Position numbers and translations under genes: made by a program. A DNA stretch of 63,752 nucleotides, counting the filler, from Octopus bimaculoides (Eukaryota), in the NCBI RefSeq assembly GCF_001194135.2. It is 5 parts of 5 records of this genome, joined end to end, with 100 filler letters (N's around TTAATTAATTAA, not from the genome) between each part and the next. Parts side by side here need not be neighbours in the genome. Positions count along the whole stretch, not along the records: positions 12,528 to 16,971 come from NC_068987.1; positions 17,072 to 44,608 come from NC_068996.1; 3 more parts are not named here. One strand, written 5' to 3'. The notes below the pieces were generated by a model. That model searched no databases. It saw nothing but the letters and a program-made list of their open reading frames with translations, and had not been told where the DNA came from. Positions 13,336 through 22,947 of this stretch are shown here, one piece after another (the stretch's first letter is position 1; every line of letters begins with the position of its first letter).

Positions 13336-13973
13336 ATGAAAAATTAAACTTTATATAACTTAAATCATAATAAAACAATTAACTATATTGTAAACATTTT
13401 ATTGAATGTTAAAGTTTAAGTAATTATAGATTCTAAAGAATAAGACTAAGAAACAATATAAACTAACACAAATATTATATGCAAATCTAATCTTAACGAA
13501 TCATTCATTTAAAATACAATTTAAACGAAGTTTTAGGTTAAACTAAAATTATAATCGTAAAATATAAACTAACAAAAATTAATTTATATAAAAGCAATTA
13601 TATCACCATTAAATAAAGGAAAAAAAAGGAAAAAACATTTAACAAAATTATTGAAAAGAAATACAAAATTTATCTAATCGAAACTTTAGTTTAAATAAAA
13701 TTATAAATGTTGTACTATTGACTTAACCTTAATTAGAATATAAACTAATAGTCAAAGAAATTATTTAAAAAAACTACTTATTTATCCCACAAATCAAAAA
13801 GAAATATTAAACAGTATTATTGGAAAAAATCAACCAAGTGTTAAATAATGTATCGATTAACATTAAATATCAATTAAATTAAAATACATATTTTTTCAAA
13901 TAATGATAGAAAACCATTAACAATATTAATAAAGATAGAAACAATACTTATCTCAATGATGCTATAGTTTAAA

Positions 13974-14115
13974 CTTAGTCGAGCAAATCGACCCCAGGAC
14001 TTATTCTTTGTAAGCCTAGTACTTATTCTATCGGTCTATTTTGCCGAACCGCTAAGTTACAAGGACGTAAACACACCAGCATTAGTTGTCAAGCAATGTT
14101 GGGGGGACAAACACA
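13974..14115 (-). mobile_element. SINE family A, partial
   Basis: TTAGTCGAGCAAATCGACCCCAGGACTTATTCTTTGTAAGCCTAGTAC... nearly identical to 14765-14950. Confidence 0.85.
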
Positions 14116-14164
14116 CACATATATATACATATACATATATAGTCAGTTGAGATGTGTTCTGTTA

Positions 14165-14480
14165 AGAATGTATAAGAGTACAAATACAGCTCATTATCGA
14201 AACCTCATCACGTCATTCCGAAAAATAAATAGACAGCACACAACCTCGCTGGTAGACCTCATATGGGGACTGAAAGAATCAAAAATTAAATACCAAATAG
14301 AATGGTCAAAAATATAAAACACACATCCATGTACTTCACTATCCGGCAAATGTGACATTTACCTTGAGGAAGAACTGAGTATTCTACTGAGTAATGAAAA
14401 TATAGTGAATAAACATGATGAGACAATTCCAAGATGTAACCACCATGCCGAATATGCATTTTCCAGATGGAACAGTGTAT
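14165..14480 (+). mobile_element. Penelope-like element, GIY-YIG C-terminal fragment
   Basis: One frame reads HYRNLITSFRKINRQHTTSLVDLIWGLKESKIKYQIEWSKI*...SGKCDIYLEEKLSIL...NKHDETIPRCNH, matching the PLE C-x-L-C-L-E-E-K...NKRSEL..KCRH ending. Confidence 0.75.
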
Positions 14481-14703
14481 AAATTATGATTATTATTATT
14501 CTATCTCACTAAACCCATTTTTTATCGCCTTCACGTATGTATAGGAGTGTGTATTTATGATATAGCGTTCAACGATATAACTATGTAGATATAACAATGT
14601 ACATGAAAATGTGTAGATAAATATATAAGCGTCTATGTATAGATGTGAATGTATTTATTGATATGTAGGTGAGTATATGTATGCGGGTGTGCATCTGAAT
14701 ATA

Positions 14704-15153
14704 TACTCTTTTACTATTTTACTTGTTTCAGTTATTTGACTGTGGCCATGCTGGAGCACCGCCTTTAGTCGAGCAAATCAACCCCAGGACTTATTCTTTG
14801 TAAGCCTAGTACTTATTCTATCGGTCTCTTTTGCNNNNNNNNNNTTCTTTGTAAGCCTAGTACTTATTCTATCGGTCTCTTTTGCCGAACCGCTAAGTTA
14901 CGGGGGACGTAAACACACCAGCATCAGTTGTCAAGCGATGTTGGGGGAACAAACACACACACATATATATATATATACATATACATATATACGACGCACT
15001 TCTTTCAGTTTCCATCTACCAAATCCACTCACAAGACTTTGGTCGGCCTGAGGCTATAGTAGGAGACACTTGACAAGGTGCCACGCAGTGGGACTGAACC
15101 TGGAACCATGTGGTTGGTAAGCTAGCTATTTATCACACAGCCACTCCTGCACC
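14704..15153 (-). mobile_element. tRNA-derived SINE family A, full length
   Basis: Reverse strand has a tRNA-like head (GTGGCTGTGTG...GGTTCAGTCCC), the CCTTG.CAAGTGTC box and a (GTAAAAGA)-like tail; a 10-N gap with duplicated flanks lies inside. Confidence 0.85.
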
Positions 15154-15450
15154 TATATATATGTACATATATTTTATACATATGCATGTATGTGTGTACG
15201 TGTCTGCGTGTGAGTGCATGTGTGTATGTATGGAAACACTCGGTGATGTATTGTATCTCGGTGTGTAAGTGATTGTATAAGTATGAGCTAATGAATGAAT
15301 GTATTTTGTGTAATGGTACAGTTTGGCATGTGCAGAATCACATGTTGAAGATGAATAAATAAACAGACAACGTGCACATTGCAGCTCATGTCGAATGTGA
15401 TAACACACTCATACCAACCAAATTGAAACCGTCAGCATTTGTTAGTTTCA

Positions 15451-16576
15451 AAGAAGCCATGGATGTTGTTGCACGGAAATCTAGATTTACTAATGGACAC
15501 AGCAACTGAGTATCGCCTGAGGAGATATATATAGATCGTCATATACAGGTAAATCGTTACATAATTTAATTTAAACTTAACTTTAAATCCTGTATTTACG
15601 AGGATCTGTATGTATCAAAACATTTGTAGGGATTAAAAAGCTGCCTAACTGTACTTACTCTTCTTTTTGACTCTTTTACTTTTACTTNNNNNNNNNNNNN
15701 NNNNNNNNNNNNNNNNNNNNNNNNNNNNNNNNNNNNNNNNNNNNNNNNNNNNNNNNNNNNNNNNNNNNNNNNNNNNNNNNNNNNNNNNNNNNNNNNNNNN
15801 NNNNNNNNNNNNNNNNNNNNNNNNNNNNNNNNNNNNNNNNNNNNNNNNNNNNNNNNNNNNNNNNNNNNNNNNNNNNNNNNNNNNNNNNNNNNNNNNNNNN
15901 NNNNNNNNNNNNNNNNNNNNNNNNNNNNNNNNNNNNNNNNNNNNNNNNNNNNNNNNNNNNNNNNNNNNNNNNNNNNNNNNNNNNNNNNNNNNNNNNNNNN
16001 NNNNNNNNNNNNNNNNNNNNNNNNNNNNNNNNNNNNNNNNNNNNNNNNNNNNNNNNNNNNNNNNNNNNNNNNNNNNNNNNNNNNNNNNNNNNNNNNNNNN
16101 NNNNNNNNNNNNNNNNNNNNNNNNNNNNNNNNNNNNNNNNNNNNNNNNNNNNNNNNNNNNNNNNNNNNNNNNNNNNNNNNNNNNNNNNNNNNNNNNNNNN
16201 NNNNNNNNNNNNNNNNNNNNNNNNNNNNNNNNNNNNNNNNNNNNNNNNNNNNNNNNNNNNNNNNNNNNNNNNNNNNNNNNNNNNNNNNNNNNNNNNNNNN
16301 NNNNNNNNNNNNNNNNNNNNNNNNNNNNNNNNNNNNNNNNNNNNNNNNNNNNNNNNNNNNNNNNNNNNNNNNNNNNNNNNNNNNNNNNNNNNNNNNNNNN
16401 NNNNNNNNNNNNNNNNNNNNNNNNNNNNNNNNNNNNNNNNNNNNNNNNNNNNNNNNNNNNNNNNNNNNNNNNNNNNNNNNNNNNNNNNNNNNNNNNNNNN
16501 NNNNNNNNNNNNNNNNNNNNNNNNNNNNNNNNNNNNNNNNNNNNNNNNNNNNNNNNNNNNNNNNNNNNNNNNNNNN

Positions 16577-16619
<43 letters not shown>

Positions 16620-16874
16620 ATGTATATGTATATAAAAAGAAAACAGTAAAAGAGTCAAAAGGAAGAGTAAGTACACTTAGGCAGCTTTTTAATCCCTACA
16701 AATATTTCAAAACATACAGATACTCATATATACAGGATTTAAAATTAAGTTTAGATTAAATTATGTAATGATTTACCTGTATAAGAAGATCTATATGTAT
16801 CTCCTCACGCGATACTCAGTTGCTGTATCCGTAAGTAAATTTAAATTTCCATGCTACAACATCCATGGCTTCTT
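15451..16874. mobile_element. Long-inverted-repeat (foldback-like) element with unresolved centre
   Basis: 15451-15687 and about 16635-16874 are reverse complements over about 235 bp (AAGAAGCCATGGATGTTGT...TAGGGATTAAAAAGCTGCCTAA...GACTCTTTTAC) flanking an 890-N gap. Confidence 0.65.
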
Positions 16875-16886
16875 ATATATGTAATG

Positions 16887-16935
<49 letters not shown>

Positions 16936-16936
16936 T

Positions 16937-16971
<35 letters not shown>

Positions 16972-17429
16972 NNNNNNNNNNNNNNNNNNNNNNNNNNNNN
17001 NNNNNNNNNNNNNNNTTAATTAATTAANNNNNNNNNNNNNNNNNNNNNNNNNNNNNNNNNNNNNNNNNNNNTATAGGATCTTTCTGATTTGGCGGACACC
17101 ATTTGTTTTCTAACGAAACACTTTCAAACTTGGGACACTGGTAGAATGCGTCATAAAAAACATCTTTTACTCTTAGTGTTGTTGAGAAAAGTATATATTT
17201 TTAAAGTTATTTCGTGTTAAAGTTGTATTTCGGTAATTTCAACCAATGAATAACGTCTATTGAGGTGAAAACAATTACTGCTGTGGTTTGTCAATAACAC
17301 ATTGTGGCTGTGGAATGGGATCATTTCCCTTGAATGAAATTACTGCCGTTGTTTGTCAACAACAACTATCAGCGGTACTGTTATTTATGACATCGTTCGT
17401 GCGTTTGTACTGGTTTTAGCTTTGGGGTT

Positions 17430-17458
17430 TTAGGGTTAGGGTGTTAGGGTTAGGGTTA
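17430..17458 (+). repeat. Short interstitial TTAGGG run
   Basis: TTAGGG TTAGGG TG TTAGGG TTAGGG TTA. Confidence 0.8.
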
Positions 17459-17569
17459 TGAATATTTTTACCAAATTTGGAGACTTCGAATATAAATTTT
17501 TTTCTCTGTTCTATAAGACAAAATATACAAGTATATGAAGTTTTAAAGTATTTCGGTAGAAGGCTCCAT

Positions 17570-17800
17570 AGAAATGCCTCCTTCATTTTCTCAATGTCTT
17601 CAAAACGACTTCTGAGATTCTCTTTCAGCTCGCGGCCAAAAGTCATAGGGAGCAAGCTCTAGACTATGGGGAGGGGAGTGAGAGATAGTTCTGATGCCTG
17701 TCTCTGTCAAGTAGTTGGTTACCAGCATGGAATTGTGATAACCAGTGTTTTGCAGAGTGTGTTCAAAGTGCAGTTACAGTCATCTCCTTGAATCTGGAAA
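17570..17800 (-). pseudogene. mariner transposase C-terminal relic
   Basis: Minus strand: HNSMLVTNYLTETGIRTISH..PHSLELAPYDFW..ELKENLRSRFEDIEKMKEA, a decayed HPPYSPDLAPxDFWLFPxLKxxLRGxRFxDIEE. Confidence 0.75.
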
Positions 17801-18610
17801 TACAAAAGTTGGCAGATCAGCTTATTAGATTTATAGTAATGATATAGTAAAATTACAATGATGTAAAACATAACTGCCTCTCCTAAAAAGTCTCAAACCG
17901 GATCTTTTCTGTTTGACTGCCACTTTCCAGCCTCAATTCTTATTCCAATTGATTCGATGTATTGGTGTAGTTTTGTATGGTAATTATTGACATTAAATTC
18001 ATTTTCGCCGTAAATCGATAAATAAAGAGTTAATAGCTTTTAAAGTTTACAAATTTTAGTAATTTTAGCCATTCGAAAGCCAGAGACATATAGGTGCCTG
18101 TTTCCATAGTAGCAAGCCATGCTATTATCAAGCTGCTTATCCACATGGAATTTTCAGAAAATCATTACGAATTTCTGTTCTACACACGGAAATTCATACG
18201 ACTATGCAAAAACAAAAACAAACAAAAATTGTGTGATTTAAGTTGTTATTTTTAGCACATCTCAAGGCCACCTCATGCCGTCCTCGTTTGTTTGTCACAC
18301 TGATGTATTGATGCTTTTCAATCTTTCTCTTCCTAAACACATTTAACAGTCTATTGCTGAGATGTAAGGCAAAAATTCATATTGTCTGTATTTTAAATTG
18401 TGGTTCAAAAAAATAATTCGAAAAAAAAAATTATTTGGAAAAACTAAAAAAAATTTGTTTCACATAGTCGTATGTAACGCTAACAGAATAGACAAATCCA
18501 CAAAAAAATTTCTGAAAATTCCAAAAGGTAAACAAGTTATGAAGGGTTATGAGCAAAAATCTGCTATATAATTAATATATACCACTAGGCCCACTAATGT
18601 TACTTGAACC

Positions 18611-18778
18611 CACTAGCGTAGCTGGGCAGGGGCGGTCCGTCCAGGACGGCACTTTTAAAGGGGTGGCACTTTTCATCCTGTTGTAAGCTATTGCCGTAGG
18701 CAATATGTATCTTTTGTGGGGTCTGGGGGCGGCAAACGGAACAGCCGCCCCGGGCGATGCACACTAGCTATGCTAGTG
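18611..18778. mobile_element. hAT-type MITE (GC-rich, 168 bp)
   Basis: TIR CACTAGCGTAGCT / AGCTATGCTAGTG; 8-bp flanks CTTGAACC / CTTCTACC (6/8). Confidence 0.7.
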
Positions 18779-19172
18779 CTTCTACCACATGTCTATCGCT
18801 TGTTGGCTGAGTGTCCTATCAATTACATTACAGAGCGCTTGCTATTCCATCTTTTCAAATTAATTACTATAGATTGCTTTCTGCTGTTTTAACTCTATTA
18901 TTTTATCTCCACAAGATAATTTATCAGTCACTAAGAGCTGACCGAATAGACTTATTATACTCTTGTCCAGCTTAACAAAGTCACCTACAGTGAGAAACAC
19001 TCGCGTGAATCAAATTATGAATTAATTGTTGATAATTTCTATGTAAATGTAGGCCTTAATTGTAATGTCTAATATCATTTGCATTAATATTTTAGCGGTT
19101 AATTTATATGTAATTGTTCTTTCATTTTCATTATTTTTGTTTTGCAGAAACGAAAATCTGAAAATAGGAAAA

Positions 19173-20099
19173 ATGCCCTACCTAAACAAAAGAAGCAGCA
19201 CACGGTGCGGTCCGACTGGACGAGGTGGTGTTCTAATTCCACTTGAACCACTGAAGGAGGGACATCGAATTGATCCGCAAGAACGATTCTTCCTAGAAGC
19301 TGCAGAAAAGGGAGACAAGCATACAATGATACGATGTTTGCAAGGCCCGAACCCAGTAAATGTTAATTGTACTAACATGTTAGGTCGATCTGCCATACAA
19401 ATAGCTGTGGACAATGAAAACACAGAAATAGTAGAACTCTTACTCAAACAGGAGGGTGTCAAAATTGGAGATGCAGTACTCTACGCCATCCGTGAAGGTG
19501 TGTATAAGATAGTTGAAATGTTGATTGACCATCCGAGTGTTACCAGGGGTATGCTGGGATCGGATTGGTCTAAAACGAAACACGGAAACGAAGAGAGTTC
19601 AGATTATTCTCCGGATATTTCTCCAGTTATTTTAGCCGCTCATTGTAACCAATTTGAAATTCTTCAGTTATTACTTCTTCGCGGTGCCACCATTGAAAGA
19701 CCACACGAACTGTCTTGTTCTTGTAAGAAATGCCAGGAACAGGTTCACGAAGACAGTCTCCGACATTCTTTGCTGAGAATTCACACTTATAAAGCGTTAG
19801 CTAGTCCTGCGTGGATATCTTTGACAAGTCTCGATCCCATTTTAAGCGCTTTTAAGCTATCGTGGGATCTTGCCAAAAAAGGATTAAAAGAAAATGAATT
19901 CAAGGATTTATATTTCGATTTAGCAATGCAATGCAAACGATTCGCGTGCGATCTATTGGACCAATGTCGGAGCAGTGAAGAGGTAATTGCTGTATTAAAT
20001 AAAGAGACATCTTCAGATGAGGAGGATGAGCCGAGTTCGAGTGGAGAGAAACTTACTTTGGCACGATTGAAATTAGCCCTCAAATATGAACAGAAACAG
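19173..20099 (+). CDS. TRPC: TRPC-family cation channel, first coding exon (ankyrin repeats + TRPC linker domain)
   Basis: Acceptor TTTTGCAG ends at 19147, ATG at 19173, donor CAG|GTAGGT after 20099 (309 codons, phase 0). Ankyrin-like GRSAIQIAVDNENTEIVELLL and SPVILAAHCNQFEILQLLL, Zn motif HELSCSCKKC, YKALASP, DPILSAFKLSW, LARLKLALKYEQKQ. Confidence 0.96.
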
Positions 20100-20799
20100 G
20101 TAGGTGGCTAAAATATTTTGTTTCATTCCTTAATATTTCAACATTCCAATTTTGTAGCATTATGCCAAAATTAGAAATTAATATTTCAACATTTCGTAAA
20201 AATATTTAGTTGCTATTAATTCTGACGTATGACCAAAAATGTTCTTGACATGACCATCTTTCCTTTTTCTCGCCCACTTTTTGTCTTTCAGACATGATAC
20301 TTCTGGATCTAAGTTACCCAATGCATCTTTTTATGATTATTACCTTCGCCTTCGCTAAGGCGGAGGTATTGTTTTCAGTCGAATTTGTTAGTTTTTTTCT
20401 TTGTCTGTGGACAAGATATCTCAAGAACCGCGCGATGGATTCGGATGAAACTTTCAGAGATGTTTGTCCTCATGACTGGCACAGACTGATTAGATTTTGG
20501 GATCGATCCGGATTATTTTTCCGGATTTTTTTCATTTTTGAGAGCGGTCGGGTTCGTTTTTAGTATTCTCGCTTGTGAGAGCAGTCGAGTGTATTTCAGA
20601 TATTCTCATTTTAAAAATCATCTTTGGTTAATCGTTGAGAGGGTATTGGTGTTGCATCGGCTGACGTTTGTGTCACAGGCGGTTTGAGTTGTTTTTTGTC
20701 ATGTTAGACGTGAGTTATAGCGTTAAATATTTGTTTGATTGTTACTGCTCAAATTGTTGCTAGTATTATTTTGAATTGTTTTTTCCCATTGTGGGAAAA

Positions 20800-21843
20800 A
20801 TGGAGAAAACGCCAGCAGGTGGCCACAGTTATGCGGCTGCAACTGGAAAAGGGATAGAAGTGGAAACGCTGGAGGTACGAGAAATAAAGGTTGAACCTCG
20901 AAAAATGAAGGAATGCGAGAAGTTGCTGGAAAGAGACGGAAATACATTGAAATTAACGCCGCCTGTGGAACTAACAACCAATGTAATGAAAAGAACGGTG
21001 ATATATAAGACAATGAAGATAGCAACAAGAAAAATAGAAATAACGACAATAGAGGCTATTGAAGAATGTCTAATGAATATAAAAAGACTAACCGCATTTA
21101 TAACAAGAGGGAGAAAGTACGCTACTGTGGAGGTGTGCTTTGCATCAGAAGAGGAAGCAATTAAGCACTCCGCGGAGGCAATAAAATCAGAAGAATGGCT
21201 ACTTTTGCCAAAGTACTGTGGCAAACGTGTGGCCAGGGTGCGAGTTGGCAAAGTGCCCCCAGAGCAGAAAAAAGTATGGCTGATGACAGCCATAATGTAT
21301 GACATGAATGAGGAGGCTAAGATACTGAAGGCCACAAGAACCCAAAGAGATAACTACTGGGGATATGGAATAGAGTTAACCGTTCAAGCAATAGTGGGAG
21401 ATCTAAACAGAATTGTCGAAGAGATAGTGCTGCCCGATAACGTAAGATTGAGAGTGGTGGTGGAGGGTAGGCCACTTATATGTTATACGTGTGGGGAAAA
21501 CGGTAACATGAAAGTGAGGTGCCCCCAGAGGGAACAACAAATAGAGCAGACGGAGAGGCAGGAGAGCACGGACCAGGAGGTACAGGTCGAGATAAAGGAG
21601 AAAGCAACGGAGGAGGAGTTCACGGTGTTTAAAAAGAGAAAGAAAAGTGGGAGAGTGCGCCCTCCGCCTGAGAAGCAGAAAAAGAAGAAAGAAGAAATGG
21701 AAAAGGAGGAGACCAGCAGGAAGGAAGACAAAATGGTGGTGGATAAAATAAGCGAAAAGGAACTTGAGGAGGTGTTCCGGGCGGAGTCGCATGAGGAGGA
21801 AACATTGAGGAGACATTGTCCTTGTTCCGGTGGAGAAGGATAA
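20800..21843 (+). CDS. LINE ORF1/gag-like protein with CCHC-type knuckle (347 aa), TE cargo
   Basis: Open 347-codon frame with SYAAA near the N-terminus, RRM-like hydrophobic segments, VVVEGRPLICYTCGENGNMKVRCP (CX2CX4[H>N]X4C) and a K/E-rich tail; purine-rich and unlike the surrounding intron. Confidence 0.7.
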   Translation: MEKTPAGGHSYAAATGKGIEVETLEVREIKVEPRKMKECEKLLERDGNTLKLTPPVELTTNVMKRTVIYKTMKIATRKIEITTIEAIEECLMNIKRLTAFITRGRKYATVEVCFASEEEAIKHSAEAIKSEEWLLLPKYCGKRVARVRVGKVPPEQKKVWLMTAIMYDMNEEAKILKATRTQRDNYWGYGIELTVQAIVGDLNRIVEEIVLPDNVRLRVVVEGRPLICYTCGENGNMKVRCPQREQQIEQTERQESTDQEVQVEIKEKATEEEFTVFKKRKKSGRVRPPPEKQKKKKEEMEKEETSRKEDKMVVDKISEKELEEVFRAESHEEETLRRHCPCSGGEG

Positions 21844-22201
21844 TTTAGAAACGCGACTGGAGAGACTGTCCAGAGTGGTGGAAGAAAAGAAGAAGGTACC
21901 AGGAGGGGAGCAGGAAAAGAGAAAACAAAGAAAATGAAAATTTCGATGGAATTTTATGACGTACGTAAAAGGCAAAGAAACTGAAAAGAAAATAGTAAAG
22001 TTTAAACATATTATAAGAGTAATGTTGCCCACGGATGTGTATTCCGAGAATGTGAAGGCCATCGTGGTTGACAAAAACACCTACAACAGACTAAAAGACA
22101 TGTGTGGAGAAGGGATTGTCCCGCCAGGAGTGATAGTGGAGTTCGATGAATTGCCACCAGTAGTGGAGCTAAAAGATTTAGAACGTTTCATGAGAGATTA
22201 A
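21809..22201 (+). pseudogene. Frameshifted C-terminal continuation of the ORF1-like cargo
   Basis: The +1 frame is open from 21809 (GDIVLVPVEKDNLETRLERLSRVVEEKKK...), has one TGA at 21935-21937, then continues to MTYVKG...ERFMRD* at 22201. Confidence 0.55.
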
Positions 22202-22627
22202 AAAGGAAAAAAAGTAAGTAAAATTGTTTTATTGAAGAAAGAAGCAAAAAAAGTAAAATTGTTTCGTTTAAAACAAAGAGAGGAAAAACGAGATTAAGAA
22301 AAGCAATAAGACAATAGAACGATTGTAAATAGTTTATATAAACGTTCAAATGATACTGCATGGGATTGGGGGCCCATGCAGCCATTTCATTTTTATATAA
22401 CATCTCATTTTCATTCGTTTTGTGTCTTTTGTCCCCACTGTGGTGTTGTGTCTGTCTTTGTAGTGTTCCTCTGTGTTGTGGCCGTAGTACCAAAATAGAG
22501 AAACATTGGCGGAGGTTTGCGCTCTCTGAGTGCTCTTGTTATTATTATTGTTATTTCAAAGACCAGTAAGATGTGATCTGATAAATATTTAACTGCTAAT
22601 TCTAGCCGATTAAATGACTATGTAGAA

Positions 22628-22947
22628 CAGCGTTTCTCAACCAATTTAATTTATGGACCCCTTTGATTACTATTTTATTTTAGTGGACCCCCATAGCCAT
22701 TCGATGTTTACAAACTAGTTTTATAGACACTTCTTCTGAAATTCCTGTTTTGTGTTACACACATTAACTTGTGTAGGTTGAACTATGAAAAATGTTAGAG
22801 AAAGAAAACTATCTGTTTCTTGTAATACATACGTCTAATGTAAAGTTTTTTCAGGGGTCCTTAAAATATTATTGAGGATCCCCAATTTACTATTTTGTTG
22901 CGTGGATCCCACCAAAATCTTATATGGTCCCCGGTTGAGAACCAATA
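22628..22947. mobile_element. hAT (Charlie-like) MITE
   Basis: Termini CAGCGTTTCTCAACC / GGTTGAGAACCAATA; perfect 8-bp TSD ATGTAGAA at 22620-22627 and 22948-22955. Confidence 0.85.

Larger units (their letters stand above)
20337..22540 (+). mobile_element. Helentron/HINE-type rolling-circle element carrying retroelement ORF1-like cargo
   Basis: 5' hairpin ACCTTCGCCTT-CGCT-AAGGCGGAGGT (20342-20367), HINE-like core GATATCTCAAGAACCG...GGATTCGGATGAAACTTT, 3' subTIR TTGGCGGAGGT (22506-22516), 3' hairpin GCGCTC-TCT-GAGTGC (22519-22533), T-rich flanks and no TSD. Confidence 0.75.

Noticed and set aside
19065-19172. 36-aa N-terminal extension of the 348-aa ORF (MSNIIC...)
   Set aside because: It crosses a polypyrimidine tract and TTTTGCAG acceptor, so it is intron plus 5' UTR; the likely start is ATG 19173.
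19099-22080. Minus-strand ORFs overlapping TRPC exon A and the ORF1-like cargo
   Set aside because: Antisense shadows of real coding frames, with no recognisable motifs.
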